A program made the position numbers and the translations under genes. Below are positions 47,012-60,071 of a DNA stretch of 64,000 nt, piece after piece (position 1 is the stretch's first letter; every line of letters starts with the position of its first letter). Below the pieces are notes generated by a model, which was not told the DNA's origin, made no database searches, and saw nothing but the letters and a program-made list of their open reading frames with translations. The DNA comes from Microthyrium microscopicum. Lineage: Eukaryota. Location of the stretch: positions 1,522,627-1,586,626 of the forward strand of contig MU004230.1 of assembly GCA_010405405.1 (NCBI GenBank), given 5' to 3'.

Positions 47012-48892
47012 TTATAGAGCATCAAGCACTGTTTTTGTCATTGCCAAAACCTTCTCTTCTTCCAGGCGGCGAGCAATGAGCTGCAGACTAATCGGCATTC
47101 CGTGGATGTTTTTAGCGTTGTCTATTAATGTTAGCAAAGCAACGGAACAATACTGACATACGGACACAACTCTCGAATTTCCGCGCACTCTTTTCCCAAG
47201 GATTGGTCTGATGAATAATTGGCGTCAAGCTCATGATCGGCAGTCAGACCAGTTGGGAAAGACACTGCAGAATAGTCGAGTACGTTCCAAACTCCTTTAC
47301 ACACTATGAGTTGCCTATTGTTCGAAGGCAAAGGTTTCACTCACCGGTGTATCCCACGTATTTGAAATAATCGTGTTCAACAGCAGCATATGGCGTGGTC
47401 GGCGCTAAATGCAGTCAGTGTCTCTGCATGAATTAGTTGCATTAGCAAGGCTCACCAAGAATCGCGTCTAATCCTGCCTTTACGAGCCTGTCGAGGTATT
47501 TAGCTCGCCATAGGGTTCTTTCCAGCTGAAGCTGCCACATATCATGGACGCCCAGCTCCGAAGCGTCTTTATATGCCATCATTTCGGGACGTATTGGCTC
47601 TTCGACTGGTGCTAGCAGCTTCTCAACAGATCTCCCACCATCAGCAAGGAAGAGCTTTCCCTACGATAAGTCAGCCGGGTTCAAGATAATAAGGAGAAGA
47701 AGACATTACAAGAATGGTCACGAGCTCTCCGTGTCCAGTGGGCGCCCAGTCAACTACCTCATGTCCAGCGGCTTTGAGCTTCTTGACTGTCTCATGGAGA
47801 GCGCGGGTAATGGGCGGTGTAGGTGTTACTACTCCGTCATCCCAAAGAACTCCTATCTTGAGCTTTTTAGGGCTTGTTACTTTTCGCCATTCCAAGGGTA
47901 TCATTCCTGGGTCTAAATTCCACGGTTTGCATCCTACCACGCCTTTGCAATATAACTCTACATCCTGAAGAGTATGAGCAAGAGGTCCATTCACACTTTG
48001 TACTGCCTCCTGGCCGGCCAGGCCGCTTTGGGTTCCTATTGTTGGAAAGCGGCCGTATGATGGCCGGAGAGTGACGAGACCTGTCATTGCAGCAGGAATT
48101 CTCAATGATCCCCCTGGATGTTGATTAGAAATTGCGAGATTGGAAAGAAAGTACATACCGATGTCAGATCCAACACCTGTAGGACTACCGCGAAAGGCAA
48201 TCAGGGCAGACTCTCCTCCTGAGCTACCTCCAGATGTGAGTTTCCTGTTGAGAGGGTTTACTGTTCTCCCAAATAGGTTATTAACTGATTCTGCGATCAT
48301 CATTGCAGTTGGCACGTTCGTTTTCACGTAGAGCACTGCTCCAGCAGCCTTCAAGAGATCCACCAGAGGACTGTTTGTAAGTGCCGGAGTGTTTGCCAGA
48401 GATACGAATCCCAAAGTGCTGTCTTTTCCCTCGTAATGAAAATTGTCTTTAAGAGAAATGGGCAGTCCATGAAATGGCCCTTTCAGCTTGCCGGTTTGTT
48501 TATAATGCTCATCCAGTTCTTGTGCATCTTTCAGGGCACTCTCAAACATGGTTTCGGAGAGGCAATTTGTCTGGAATATCTGTCAAGCTCCTTTCATTGA
48601 GGTTACACATTTAGCATACCAATTGATGAGCTGCGGAGGCGGCCTTGCAGAATGCCTTGGTGACATCCAAGGATGATAATGCTCCAGAAGCCAACTTATT
48701 TAGAAGTTGTTCGACTGTTTGGCCAGTGATTTCCAACTCATTCTCTGTAAACCAACCGGAGGTTTTCTGGAAGGATGACACATCCAGAACATCATCGGCT
48801 GGCTTGATATGATCTGGAATCCTCCACTCCTGAGGTATGGATTTGAGTAAAGATGCTCTTTTCGACGCCGCGATTTCTTCCCATTTGGCCAT
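47012..48892 (-). CDS. Amidase-signature enzyme (acetamidase/AmdS-like); multi-exon
   Basis: HGLPISLKD, GGSSGGES, GSDIG|GSLRIPA and GMPISLQL. Confidence 0.9.
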
Positions 48893-49603
48893 GCTTAGCA
48901 GAGTTTTGACTTCAAAACTTGCAGGCAGCTGTTATGTTAGCTTTCGGCCACCATTGTAAAGTGAACGGAGCGAAGCATATCATTTCGCATAGGAGATAGG
49001 CGGGAACAGTGGGGTCAGCGTGCCTATAACGGCTCGTTATTGCCCATTCAGGTCACAGCGTCATCAGCTAATTTCCAGTACTACTATCTACATTCCATCC
49101 TCACCAATTCGAAAAGGAGGATATTGATTCCAACATAAATGGATCTCGTCAGGTGAGCCTCAAGCAGTCAGTGACAGATCCAAAAACCCCGCAAACAGTC
49201 GCCTGCATCATTTGATCTGTTTAGTCCCGGGAGCATGAATGATATTGTGCACTTTCCAGAAATTGCCCACTTATCACCTAGTAGTACATACTAGTAGTAC
49301 ATAGTGGTATGATTACAACACGTCGTCGACATCGATTCGAGGCTATCCTGTCAAATTCTTCTTAAGATTGCGGTACAGCTGCTGTGAAGAATGCTCCATG
49401 TTGATCCACTAATTCAGAATCCGAATGTCGAACTGCTTTGTGATCAGAGCTGATATCAAATTTATCACTCCTGTTCCAGCACGAGATACAGGCAGATATA
49501 GCAGCTCTTCAACGCTAACCTAGCCTGGGCCATGAGAGTCTTGACAGTAGCCTAGTTCAAAATCGAAAAGATCTTGTTTATTCAAACAGACATGGATCTA
49601 ATG

Positions 49604-52547
49604 CTACCGACCACCAGACTCTTCTTCCTCATCCTCATCATCACCAAGCAAGCCTGTAGCAAGATTATCCACACTTCCATTCTCATTAGCCATCATATCC
49701 TCTCGTCTGCCCAGCTCTTGGGCTTGACGACCATTCAGCACTAGCCATATATCTTTCTTCGTCATGAGACCGCGTAATGTGCCCTTGTCCGTGAATAACA
49801 CGTACCGCAAACCCAGTTTCTGGAACATGCTGACAGTGAGACCAAAGTTGGAGTTGGCATTGAGAGTTATTGGCGTCTGATCCATCCACGGCCGCAAGTC
49901 GAGGGTCACTGATGGATCTGCGAGTGGTTGATGGATGAAATGTGCTTCTGTTTCGTGGGGAAGGGCGCGCGAGAGTGCGACTTGTAGAGCATAGTTGAGT
50001 TCGGTGCGGGATACGTAGCCGAGCAGTAGTGCATCGCGTGGGTTGTCGATGATGGGAAAACCGCGGAAGGGCTGTGTGTTGAGGAGATCATTGAGAGATT
50101 GGATGGTGTGGCCCGTTGCTGTAATTACAACGAGGTCTTCGATGCGGGTCATGAGGTGGTTTGTTGGTACATCCGGTGCGGTGGCAGCTTCGTCGCGATT
50201 GTCGAGAAAGGGGTATCCTTTGAATTGGATCCAGGATTCGTAGACACCAAGAGGTGAGATGGCATCGCCGACCCATTTACTGATGAGGACGGCGATCATG
50301 ATGGGGAGGACGTAGGTGAGGGCGCCTGTGAGTTCGAACATGATGACTACGATTGACACGGTCATTCGCGTTGCTCCTCCCAGGGCTGAGGCGGCGCCAA
50401 TGATGGCGTAGGTTCCTGGTGTAATGCATTGTATGTCTGGCTCGCAGGATCTAAATATGAGCCAGTTTGGATGGGCTGCTTGCCAGATTTCGAATATCAG
50501 GCCAACTGCTCTTCCATAGAGAGCACCTATTGCCATTGAAGGCAAGATGATGCCCGCTGGTATTTGCAGTCCAAATGTGAGCGCAGCAAGGAAGAATCCG
50601 AGAATAGCGGCTACGATTAGGAGGGTGACAACTCCAGTGTTGGCCCTTCCCTTTAGGCATAGATCCAATTGATCGTCTACTATGTCAACACATTCGGCGA
50701 ACAAAGTATAAACAAGCTCTGAAGCTTGAGCTCGCATGAACTTGATCGGGTAGTTTATGAGAGCAGTAATCAATGCCACTATGGTTACCTCTACTTGAGG
50801 ATTCTGGAGATAGCCTCGGGTTTTTCTCCATTCTGCGATTCGCATGTTGAGCTTTATGAATAGACCTCCATAGAGGCCACCTAGGACTCCGAGAATTGCA
50901 AATGGTATCATTTCAAAGCCATGCCAACCACTATGATATGTGACTTGGTATAACACAAGCTTGCCAGTTCGAAATGGATTGAAAGCTTGTAGTGTGACTG
51001 CTGCTATCATAGCACATACGAAGCTTTGCCACATCGTCTTGTCTGGGAAATAATAGGATAATTGCTGTGACGCTATCAATAAATGTTTAGAGGGTCATGA
51101 TAAATGCTTACTTCAAGACTGAACAAAACACCTCCAATCGGCGATCCGAATGCTACAGATATTCCTGCTGCAGCCGCGGCGGATAGAATCTCTCTCTTTC
51201 GAGCTTCATACGTCAGTTTTTATACTGTAATGTTCCCCTCCTACATACCTTCATTGCTGTTTAGAGTTGTAAATGCTTTCAAAAAAAGATTTGCACAACA
51301 ACAAGCGACATGTACAAGAGGGCCTTCTTTCCCTAGCCAGAGCCCAGAAGCCACTGCGAGGCACTGAAAGACTTAGCGATGTGTCGAACTGTACTGCGGA
51401 CGGGAACTCACCAGTCCTATCGACTTTATGACCAAAGTCCAACCACCAAGGAAACGCTGAATGACAAATCCACCAAGAACTGTCTTGATTTCGGGTATAC
51501 CGCTATGCTGTGCGTATGGTGCATACGTCTTAACTAATATGGAGGCAGCTACTGCAAGTGCAATCTAAGTCTGGTAAGCAGCATTCGTCTGCAGAGTCAT
51601 GAAACTTACTGAAAATGATATAAAAACAAAATACTCCATTATCCAGCCTCCAGCGGCGGACGTAATGCCAAAAACATCATGCCAGGGCCGCCAATCTCTA
51701 CAGTCGGCCAATGCTAGACGCTGTTAGTGTAATTCTTGAGATGTGGAATGTCTCCTACCATCTACACCCCAACAACAAAATGATCTGTTCAGATAGAACC
51801 TGCCTTCATGCTGTATATTGGAGCAAACACCTTGTTTGAGATCTCCTAACCAGTCACTTGCAACATCTATAAACGCAGCAATGACGCCAGCAGCTATTCC
51901 AGTAGCAATAAGCACCCACCATATTTGACTGGCGTCCGCGATCTGTCGAATATATCCGGAGATTCCACTGGTGTTGCCGTATAGAACTCGTTGCCGCTGC
52001 CGCTCTTTCGCATACTCAAAGATCCAATCAATGGCGGTAAGGTCATCATATCCAACTCGGCGGCCAGGTCCTTCAACATACCAGTCTAATGCTGAGCCGT
52101 CTTTTGTATCGGGTGGTATAGCACCGAGGTCTGCTGGCGCATCGAGGTATGGTAATATAGCTTCCGTCGATCTACTCGCCGCGTTCTGTCGGTTGGGTTG
52201 CGGCGTATTTGCTCGGCTCGCGCTGTTTGTGGAGGGAGATTTGCCTCGATTGGAGAGATATGGGGAGCTCGAGAGCCAGGTCGGGAAGGAAAAAGGAGAC
52301 GGGTTCTTGGTTTTGCGTTTGAAAGAGAGGCTAAGCAGTTAGCGACCAGATGATGGTGATGACTGCGCGGTGAAGGTTCATACCCAGCACTTATGTCCGA
52401 GTGCAGTGGATCCGCCGAGAGTAGGTCTTGTTCATCGTCGCTATCTCCATCTTCAACTATCGGTTGCCGGTTCGGACTTGTTTGCGAAGATGAGGATGAA
52501 GCTTCGGCATGCGCGCTAGGATAGGCGCGCGAAGAGGAGCCCGACAT
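49604..52547 (-). CDS. GEF1: CLC-family chloride channel / H+ antiporter with CBS domains; multi-exon
   Basis: [33 protein letters not shown] and C-terminal CBS repeats. The paralogue assignment among fungal CLCs is uncertain. Confidence 0.88.
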
Positions 52548-53181
52548 GCCCGGTTTATACAACCGGGAAGCAAGTTGTCATGCTCGAAAGGTTGCACGAA
52601 GGATGATTTGGAGAGTTGCGACGTGGTATCAGTTCTAGAGAGCTATTCTTGGATGCGAAGTTGATGCTTTAAAGTTATGGTGGTCTGTGCTTCTCGTCGA
52701 GTTTACAGCGAAAACGGATCAGTTGACGACGATAATGGGGAAGGCATTCGCAGAAAGTATTGAGAGGCATGATAGCTTTATGTTCGTCGAAGATACTCAT
52801 TTGGATAATTTTGAAAATGTTTAATTGACTACTAACACTGTGATTTACATACGCGTTCATTCCCAATATTTCGATGCAAGGCTGATACCAAGGCTGAGAT
52901 TTTGGTCATTTTGAAGAGTCAAGCCCATAATATTTTGAGTCTAAATTGCTTTGAACACGACGTGACGAATATGGTATACCATACCAAATACGACCTAGAG
53001 TATATGACCCCTAAGAAAATGTATCCGGATCTGGCATTTGGCGACATGCTGCACTTCCGATTATGTGACCCAAATCGACTCTACATGCTCCTCCTGCAAT
53101 GCAGACCGTATCAAGAGCCCAAGATTGAGGCTCTCCTAGTATCTCGAATATTGTAAAACCAGTTATTCAGAACCAGGCACC

Positions 53182-53566
53182 TCATAAGCCTAGAGGATTG
53201 TTTGCTGTCCCCTTTCGTGGGCCACTCGCTCCTCCACCAGTGATCGCTCTGGTTCCCTTTGCCCCTGCGATTCCAAGAGGATTTGAAGCAGTTGGAGCTC
53301 TTGGGCCAGAGGCGCCACTGGCATCTTTGATAGCATTGCCATAACTAAATGATGCTTAGTAAAGTACTGATCAGTATCGAGGGCAATTCTCACCTTCTGA
53401 TTCCATCGGCCCAGCCTCTTGTCGTGCCGGTAACAACATTACCAGCTCCACGACCAGCTCCAGACACGCCATTTCCTACTGAAGTGTATGCACCGGCGAC
53501 TGCATTGCCAGCTCCTGCCACGACGCCCTGCACCTTCTGACTGATCCAGTTATTGTTCGATGCCAT
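53182..53566 (-). CDS. Small Gly/Ala-rich protein (111 aa), missed by the ORF track
   Basis: Exon 1 53566-53394, 49-nt intron 53345-53393 (GTGAGA...ACTAAG...TAG), exon 2 53344-53182. Product: MASNNNWISQKVQGVVAGAGNAVAGAYTSVGNGVSGAGRGAGNVVTGTTRGWADGIRSYGNAIKDASGASGPRAPTASNPLGIAGAKGTRAITGGGASGPRKGTANNPLGL. Confidence 0.8.
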
Positions 53567-54032
53567 GTGTTATGGAAAGTTGATAGATTTGGCTTTGGGG
53601 TATGAAGACCAGAGATACGAATAGTTGTAGGAATAATGTTAAATGTTTTAAGAGTCTGATCTTGACCCCCATCAGTCACACCTGTGTCATATACTCATCC
53701 TGGTATGGTATGGCCTTGATTAAGGGAGGCAAACAACATTTCTCAAGCCAAACGTCATAGGTGACACGGGCCGAGCCAGCCACTAAGATCGGCTAAACGT
53801 TGAATCAAGATAGGGAGTATCATAGCCGATACTCCGTACAGGGGTTAGATCAGGGTCGTGCACCATGCCACTTTGAGACTGCTGCTGCATTGCTCTTTGG
53901 CGTGCAGCTCGACTTTGGGACCCTTCAGATGCTAAGAACCACCAGTCCACCACCATTGCTGTCTATCTTCACCTCCTCCATCTCCCCCGGACTCCTTCAG
54001 GTCAATCAATTCCTTGATCAACACGCCAAATT

Positions 54033-57000
54033 ATGGATATAAGCTCTCGAGAAAAACCTTCCCTTAGGAAGAAGTAAGTTGACATACGTCGGGGCTGGCC
54101 ATCTTCTCCAATATATATTATCTACCCCATCACCTTCAACAAGGCTCAAGCCTTCTTCTTACATCTTTGAACCACAAAGGCATCAATTCCAAGGAGCGCT
54201 CAACAGCCTATCCGTCCAGCCCCACTTCCCTTTCCCCTGGAGTCCATAACACTGACGTCGCATATTCCCTATCGTGAGCGCCCATTTTCATATTGTTATT
54301 CAGCTCATACATCCTTTGGAATGCTAGTGTCGCGTGTCCCATGGATCCATTGACTTGATAGTGAGACATTTGACTGACAACATCTATAGAATATCAAAGC
54401 TTGTATTGAAGCGATCTAATACAGAACCAAATTCTCTTGATCTTGGGCGAGCTCCCATTTCCTCCCCGATCCCTAGTCCAATTACCTATCCACCAGCGTC
54501 TGTTCGATCACGTCCTCGAACTCCCAACCGCAGTCAAACTCGATATGATACACCATACCACTTATTCCCGCAGTTACCAGGTCAACCTGCCAAAAGTAGG
54601 GTCGTAGACCAAGAAAATAGGCGACCGGAGCCATCTCGATCTCGCTCTAAAACAGAAGTTCCCAAGCCAAAACCAAACATGAGTGTTGATTTCTTGAAGC
54701 CTCGTGTCCAGACAGGGCCGAGGTTACGCCAGGCTCAAGATGCAAAGAATATGCAACAACTGGTTGAGGAAAAGTGCACAAGTAAAGGCATTAATCCTCC
54801 CAACTATGAGTTTCTCGAGCTCATTGGCAAGGGTAATTATGGTCGAGTGTACAAAAGGTATATGCGATTCTCATAGTTTGCCGATATACGTTCTGACGAT
54901 TGATAGTAAAAATCGCACTACCCAGGAACTCGTTGCTGTGAAAATTATCGAGGTCGACAAGCAGGATTATCAGGCTGGTGTCGACTTTCGCGACGATACA
55001 ATCAAAGAATTTATTCGTGAAACATCAATTCTCCAATCATTGAAAGACAATCGCGCAAAGAACGTGAATATCATTCATGACGCTTTCGCAGTTGACACTC
55101 AACTTTGGATTGTTAGCGAGTACTGCCCAGGAGGAAGTCTTTCAACCTTGATCAAGGCCTCGCCAAGGAAGAATAATGGTGTTCCGTGTCTCGAAGAAGG
55201 TTTCATCGTTCCAATAGCTCGAGAAGTTGCTATTGCTCTAAAGGCAGTTCATGAAGCTGGCGTAATACATCGAGATATCAAATGTAAGCAATCAGCAACT
55301 TCGATCTTCCTAAACTAAATTGCAACAGGCGCAAATATTCTTGTCACTGAAGATGGTAGAATTCAGCTTTGTGACTTTGGTGTTTCTGGATTTCTCGAAA
55401 ATGAAGTATCGAAGCGAACGACAATCATAGGAACTCCGCATTGGATGGCACCAGAATTGGTACCTTACTTGGGTGTGGATGACGAAAAAGTTCGCGTCCA
55501 GTATGGCATCGAGATTGACATCTGGGCTTTCGGCTGTGCAGTTTTCGAAATGGCCACGGGGTTTCCCCCAAATCATCGCACTCGCGTGCCTGATTTACGA
55601 CTTATCCGTGAAAGTCCTCGTCTCGAAGGTGACTTGCATACCGATCCACTGAAAGATTTCGTCTCATTTGTACTTGAGTTACATCCTGACAAACGTCCAT
55701 CGGCTTCTTTGATCATTGATCATCCATACGTCAAAGATACAGAAGATCGGTTTCCGACGGAGAGCATCCGAATTCTGATTGAGAGATTTGCTCGCTGGGA
55801 AGAGTCTGGAAACCAGCGCGAATCACTCTTCAACCCCTATGGTGCCGCAGCCCCGGGCGAAATGCCCGTAGAGGATCCTGCAACAGAAGCCTGGAACTTC
55901 AGCACGAGTATAGAATTCGAGAAGCGCATGTCCATGGGCCTTGATCCCTTCGGAGGGCAGGATTCCGAGGATATACCAGAATGGCAGAAGGCTTACGAGA
56001 AGGTGCGAATCGCACGAGGAGAGAATGCTATGAAACGCATCTTTGATATCAATGATAAGCCTTACAGCTTTGGAGATCAAGGTCCATCCGACCTTCCATT
56101 TCGAAACCTGGAAAATGGTGCAGGTGCAGCGAGAGACAGAACGACACTGATTGATCTGGATATGGCAGAGTTTGGCGAAGAGATCAATCTTGATTTGGAT
56201 AATGTTCCAACCATCAGAGCTCGTCGCAATTTCACCCAGACTCTATACGATGATGACGACGATGGCAACTACGATCCAAGCCGGACATCTAAGAGGTTTG
56301 GCGAAGATAACGCCAATCGACGGACACAGGATTGGACTTTTCCCAGCATGGCTGCTGCTCCAGCTGCAGCTAGTCGAAACTCGCGTGTACCCGACAATCG
56401 ACGAACCTTGGACTGGTCCTTCGATAGCGCACAACAAGAAGCTACGTCTCGGCGCTCCTATGCAAATGTCCCAGAACCTGTTGCTGAAGAGTTCGAACGC
56501 CCTAGTCTAATGCACGCTAAGACCATGCCTGCGAATGCGTTTGGCCACTCATCAGAAGCCTCGTCTCCTGACAGAGGCTCTCTGATTGACCTGGACTCGG
56601 CCTTGTCAATCAACATCCCTGAAATATCTCGACCCACCACGGCCGACTCAACAGCTGAATCCGCTATGAGCGGCATGACAAGTGGCGATCCATTTGATCT
56701 TGAAGATCTTGAGGACCAACTGTCCCTCGCCGCCAGTAACCGCGGTTCGCTGCACATGAAATCCCAGTCCGAGCCAACTGCAGCCTTCCAGTCTGGCACT
56801 AAAGGCCATAAAGCCACTGACCCTCATGGCGCCTCTGCGGACCAGGCTATTGCAAGTGCCGCCGCGGCTGCTCTCGCTGCTCACAATCGCTCGTCTAGCA
56901 CCACGCGCTCCGAGCTCGACCGCTCTTCCAACGGCACACAGTACGCCTCGCCCGCCAAACGCCAACGCTGGCCTGCTCTCGCAGATTCAGGCGTCGCTGT

Positions 57001-57475
57001 CTCTGACCCAGCCATCCAAGCACCCTGGACGGACCCTTTCTCCGCAGCACAAGCAGCCGATGAAGCCGAGCAGTTACGCGAAGAGCGTCGTGGCTGGGAG
57101 CGCAAACTAGGCCATCGGCGGCGCGTACAGACCAGCACTTCATCGCGAATGGGCGGATCAAGTAGCCAGGGAAGCAGCATTGGCAACGAGGCTGGTGGAG
57201 CTACACTGCGACCTGCCCTGGGCAGTCGACAGGTGACGGTGGTGCCAATACCTCGTGGCGGTGCGGATTCAGCAGCATTGAGGCCACCGCGGGAGCCGAG
57301 CAAGGCGCTGTTATTGCCGAATGCGGATATGCAATTACGGGAGGAGGAGTTGTCTATGATGTATGAAGAGTTGGGTTATCAGGCTGAAACCATGTTGGCG
57401 ATGCTGATGGGCATGTTGCCTGACGATGATGGTAGTGAAGGTGGAAGTGTGGATATGGGTCGTGCGGCATCTTGA
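54033..57475 (+). CDS. KIC1: Ste20-like germinal-centre kinase Kic1/Nak1/POD6 (RAM/MOR network)
   Basis: IGKGNYGRVYK, VAVKI, HRDIKC, DFG and GTPHWMAPE, with a long C-terminal tail. Probable first exon 54033-54073 spliced in frame to 54390; alternative start at ATG 54679. Confidence 0.82.
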
Positions 57476-57864
57476 AGAGCTGGACAGAATACCAAAAATG
57501 GAGAAGGCAGAAGAGAGAGCGGAACTCGACTGAGCCATGCGATATAACCGCGTCCGATACTGGCTTCATAGCCTCTGAAACATTAGCACAGCATTGTTTA
57601 TATAGCATTTGTAGGAGCGATTTCTTTCCGAGTCTGCTTCTTTTTGTATATTAGGAGATACCACAGCGAGACTGCAATGAATGGCTATATTGAATCATGT
57701 TTCTCATGACTTCGATTTGTAAATGTCGGGTGACAAAGTAACGCTTGCACTTGCAGAAATTCAATCAGCGTGTCAATAGGATGTCTTTTGCTGAAGTACA
57801 TGTTGTGCAACTGGCATTTCTCCGTTGAAAGAGGCTACCCTTTCACTACATCAAATCAGTATTG

Positions 57865-59383
57865 TTACCGCCGTTGCGCCATCTCATGAACATTACTCGC
57901 GTGAGCCAACAGATACTTGCAGCAAATCAACGTCCACTTGCACGCTTTCGTCCACGTCTCTTCCTGATTAAATCCGCCCAATTTGATACTCGCATCCCCA
58001 ATGCGGTCCTTGTCAATCACATACGGTATCTTTGGGCAGCTTATTACGCTGCCGTCTGTCCCGCGCTCTACCTTCCCTTGTGCATGTTTTATCAGCTGCC
58101 GTAGACATTCGAGGAAGGCAACCATTGCGTTGTCGAATTTGCGGTTGAAGAGGCCGATGCTGATTGCATATTCGCCTGAGCTATAAAGCTCATGCACGCG
58201 TACCCGGTCGCTTGCTGACGCGGAAGATGAGTCGCCTGAGCGAGTTGGTGTTTTGCGTGGTAGGTGTTCGAGGATCTTGGATGTTGAGCCCATAGGCTGG
58301 AGCTCGAAGCCATGGAATTTAAACTGGTCAAGCTTATCGGCGACTGTGTCGAGTAGCAGACACGTTTGGCCCCATGCGGCGTTGATCTCGGACCAGTCGA
58401 CTGGGCGGTCCGGTAGACGCCCGAGACGGAGGCCGTTTATTGTGCCAAAGGAGCCGTCGTGTCCAATGGCAAATGTGTCGTTGAAGACATTTGCTTTCTT
58501 GAGCTTTTGGAGAAGTCTGTTGTCGTGGTCGAATTGGGTGTTTATCCGGTCACGTTCGTTCTGGAAGTCAGCGAGTGTAAGGTTGTGCGCGTTCCGTTCG
58601 CGCCAGAAGGCTTCTTCGCGGGTATCCTGTGTTTTGAGATCTGCGTCGAGGGAGAGTATTTCGCGCTCGATGACGGCCTTTTCTGCTTCAAGGGCTGCGA
58701 GTTCAGCGGAGGCGGCCTTTTCTCTCTTATGAGCTTCATCAAGCTTCTTTTCTGCTTCGCGGACTTCTTCTTCGGAGGGTATTTCGGCGTTGGCTTGCCG
58801 TAGGAACTCTACGTACGCATCGCGTTCCTTGTTTGTGCTGTTGAGGCGCTTCTGTAGGCCCTCGACTAGTAGATCTGTACATTCTATACATATCGGGTGG
58901 TCTATGTCGGATCTGGCTGAGAGTATTTCGAACACTCTATCTGCAGTTTCGATCTTGTTGCTTAGTGTATAGACCTCTTTTTGAGCTGATATCGATGGGT
59001 TTCTTTCAGGTTTCCTCCTTTGCGGCGACTCTAGCATTTGTGAATCGTCTAGCATGATGAAGGACATGTTGGGGTTGCCTGGTGCCTGGTTGCGAGGCGG
59101 CGGCATGTCGCGTTTGAATATGGGTTGACGAGCATTTTTGGCAGCAGAATCGTACTCGGATAGGCGATCCTGATGATGTTTGGGGAGTGTAGAGCGACTT
59201 CGTGGGGGTCTGGGAGCTGTTTCTGATGTGGTAGTGGAATCTGGGTAGTGTTAGTTGTCAGTGGGCGGTGGCCATGAAGCTGGCCTTGGGGCTCCTACCA
59301 ACGAGTAGCTTGAAGGCGGCGGGGTTTAGGTCTTCTAGGGAGTGGTCAAGCTTTAGAGGAGTGCGACACTTTTGGCAATACAT
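57865..59383 (-). CDS. ATG6: Beclin 1 / Atg6 / Vps30
   Basis: MYCQKCRTPL, DIDHPICIEC, coiled coil, FGTINGLRLGRL, WSEINAAWGQ and WTKACKWTL. One intron near 59241-59297. Confidence 0.95.
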
Positions 59384-59555
59384 GGTGAGGATGTATGCCT
59401 AGAAAGGATTAGGATAATTAGTTAGAATGGTGAGTTGTTGACAGTCTGGAGCTGTGAAGATCAGAAGTGACGATGGCAGATGGATAAGATTATGTACAAC
59501 ACTCAAGAACGGCCGGCACGCTAAAACTTATCTAGTGGGGAAGGATCCTTGCATG

Positions 59556-59645
59556 ATGATCAAGATGATCAAGATGATCAAGATGATCAAGATGATCAAG
59601 ATGATCAAGATGATCAAGATGATCAAGATGATCAAGATGATCAAG
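59556..59645. repeat. Perfect tandem repeat (ATGATCAAG) x10
   Basis: Ten exact 9-bp units in the intergenic region between the divergent ATG6 and Scm3-domain genes. Confidence 0.95.
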
Positions 59646-60071
59646 AGGCCGCTCCTCAGGTGTTTTTCGTGAAGTTAATGACATAACGCATTATATAAGG
59701 TAACAAGTATAATTATAACTTGGAGTAAGTGAAATCGCGGCATAGAGCATGCAACTCATACATGTCGACACAAGAGGCACTACTCCGTACGCGGGTATTT
59801 GGCCGCACCTTGTCGCGCTAACGCGGTGCTCTTTCTCCCTGCCGCGCGGTCATGTGACTTCGCGCTTCCCTCCTTCCAAAAACGATTAATGCCAACCTCC
59901 TGCAGAATGCGGGCGCCAACTCAAACCCGACATCTTGATGTCCATTGCATACACTTGCTCCACTTCCATACTCATTACTCCTGCAAGCAGCTTACCAGAC
60001 CGCTCCCTTGATATTGTGCTCTTGCTGTCAATCCAATACACCATGTCTATTTGCAACTCCCATTCAATACG

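Noticed and set aside
55823..58972. Numerous antisense and alternative-frame ORFs within KIC1 and ATG6 (and similarly within other genes)
   Set aside because: Shadow ORFs of strongly supported genes, with no independent motifs.
59454..59672. ORF with an (MIK)10 repeat as a protein
   Set aside because: The frame stays open only because of the 9-bp microsatellite; it has a non-ATG start and lies in a promoter region.
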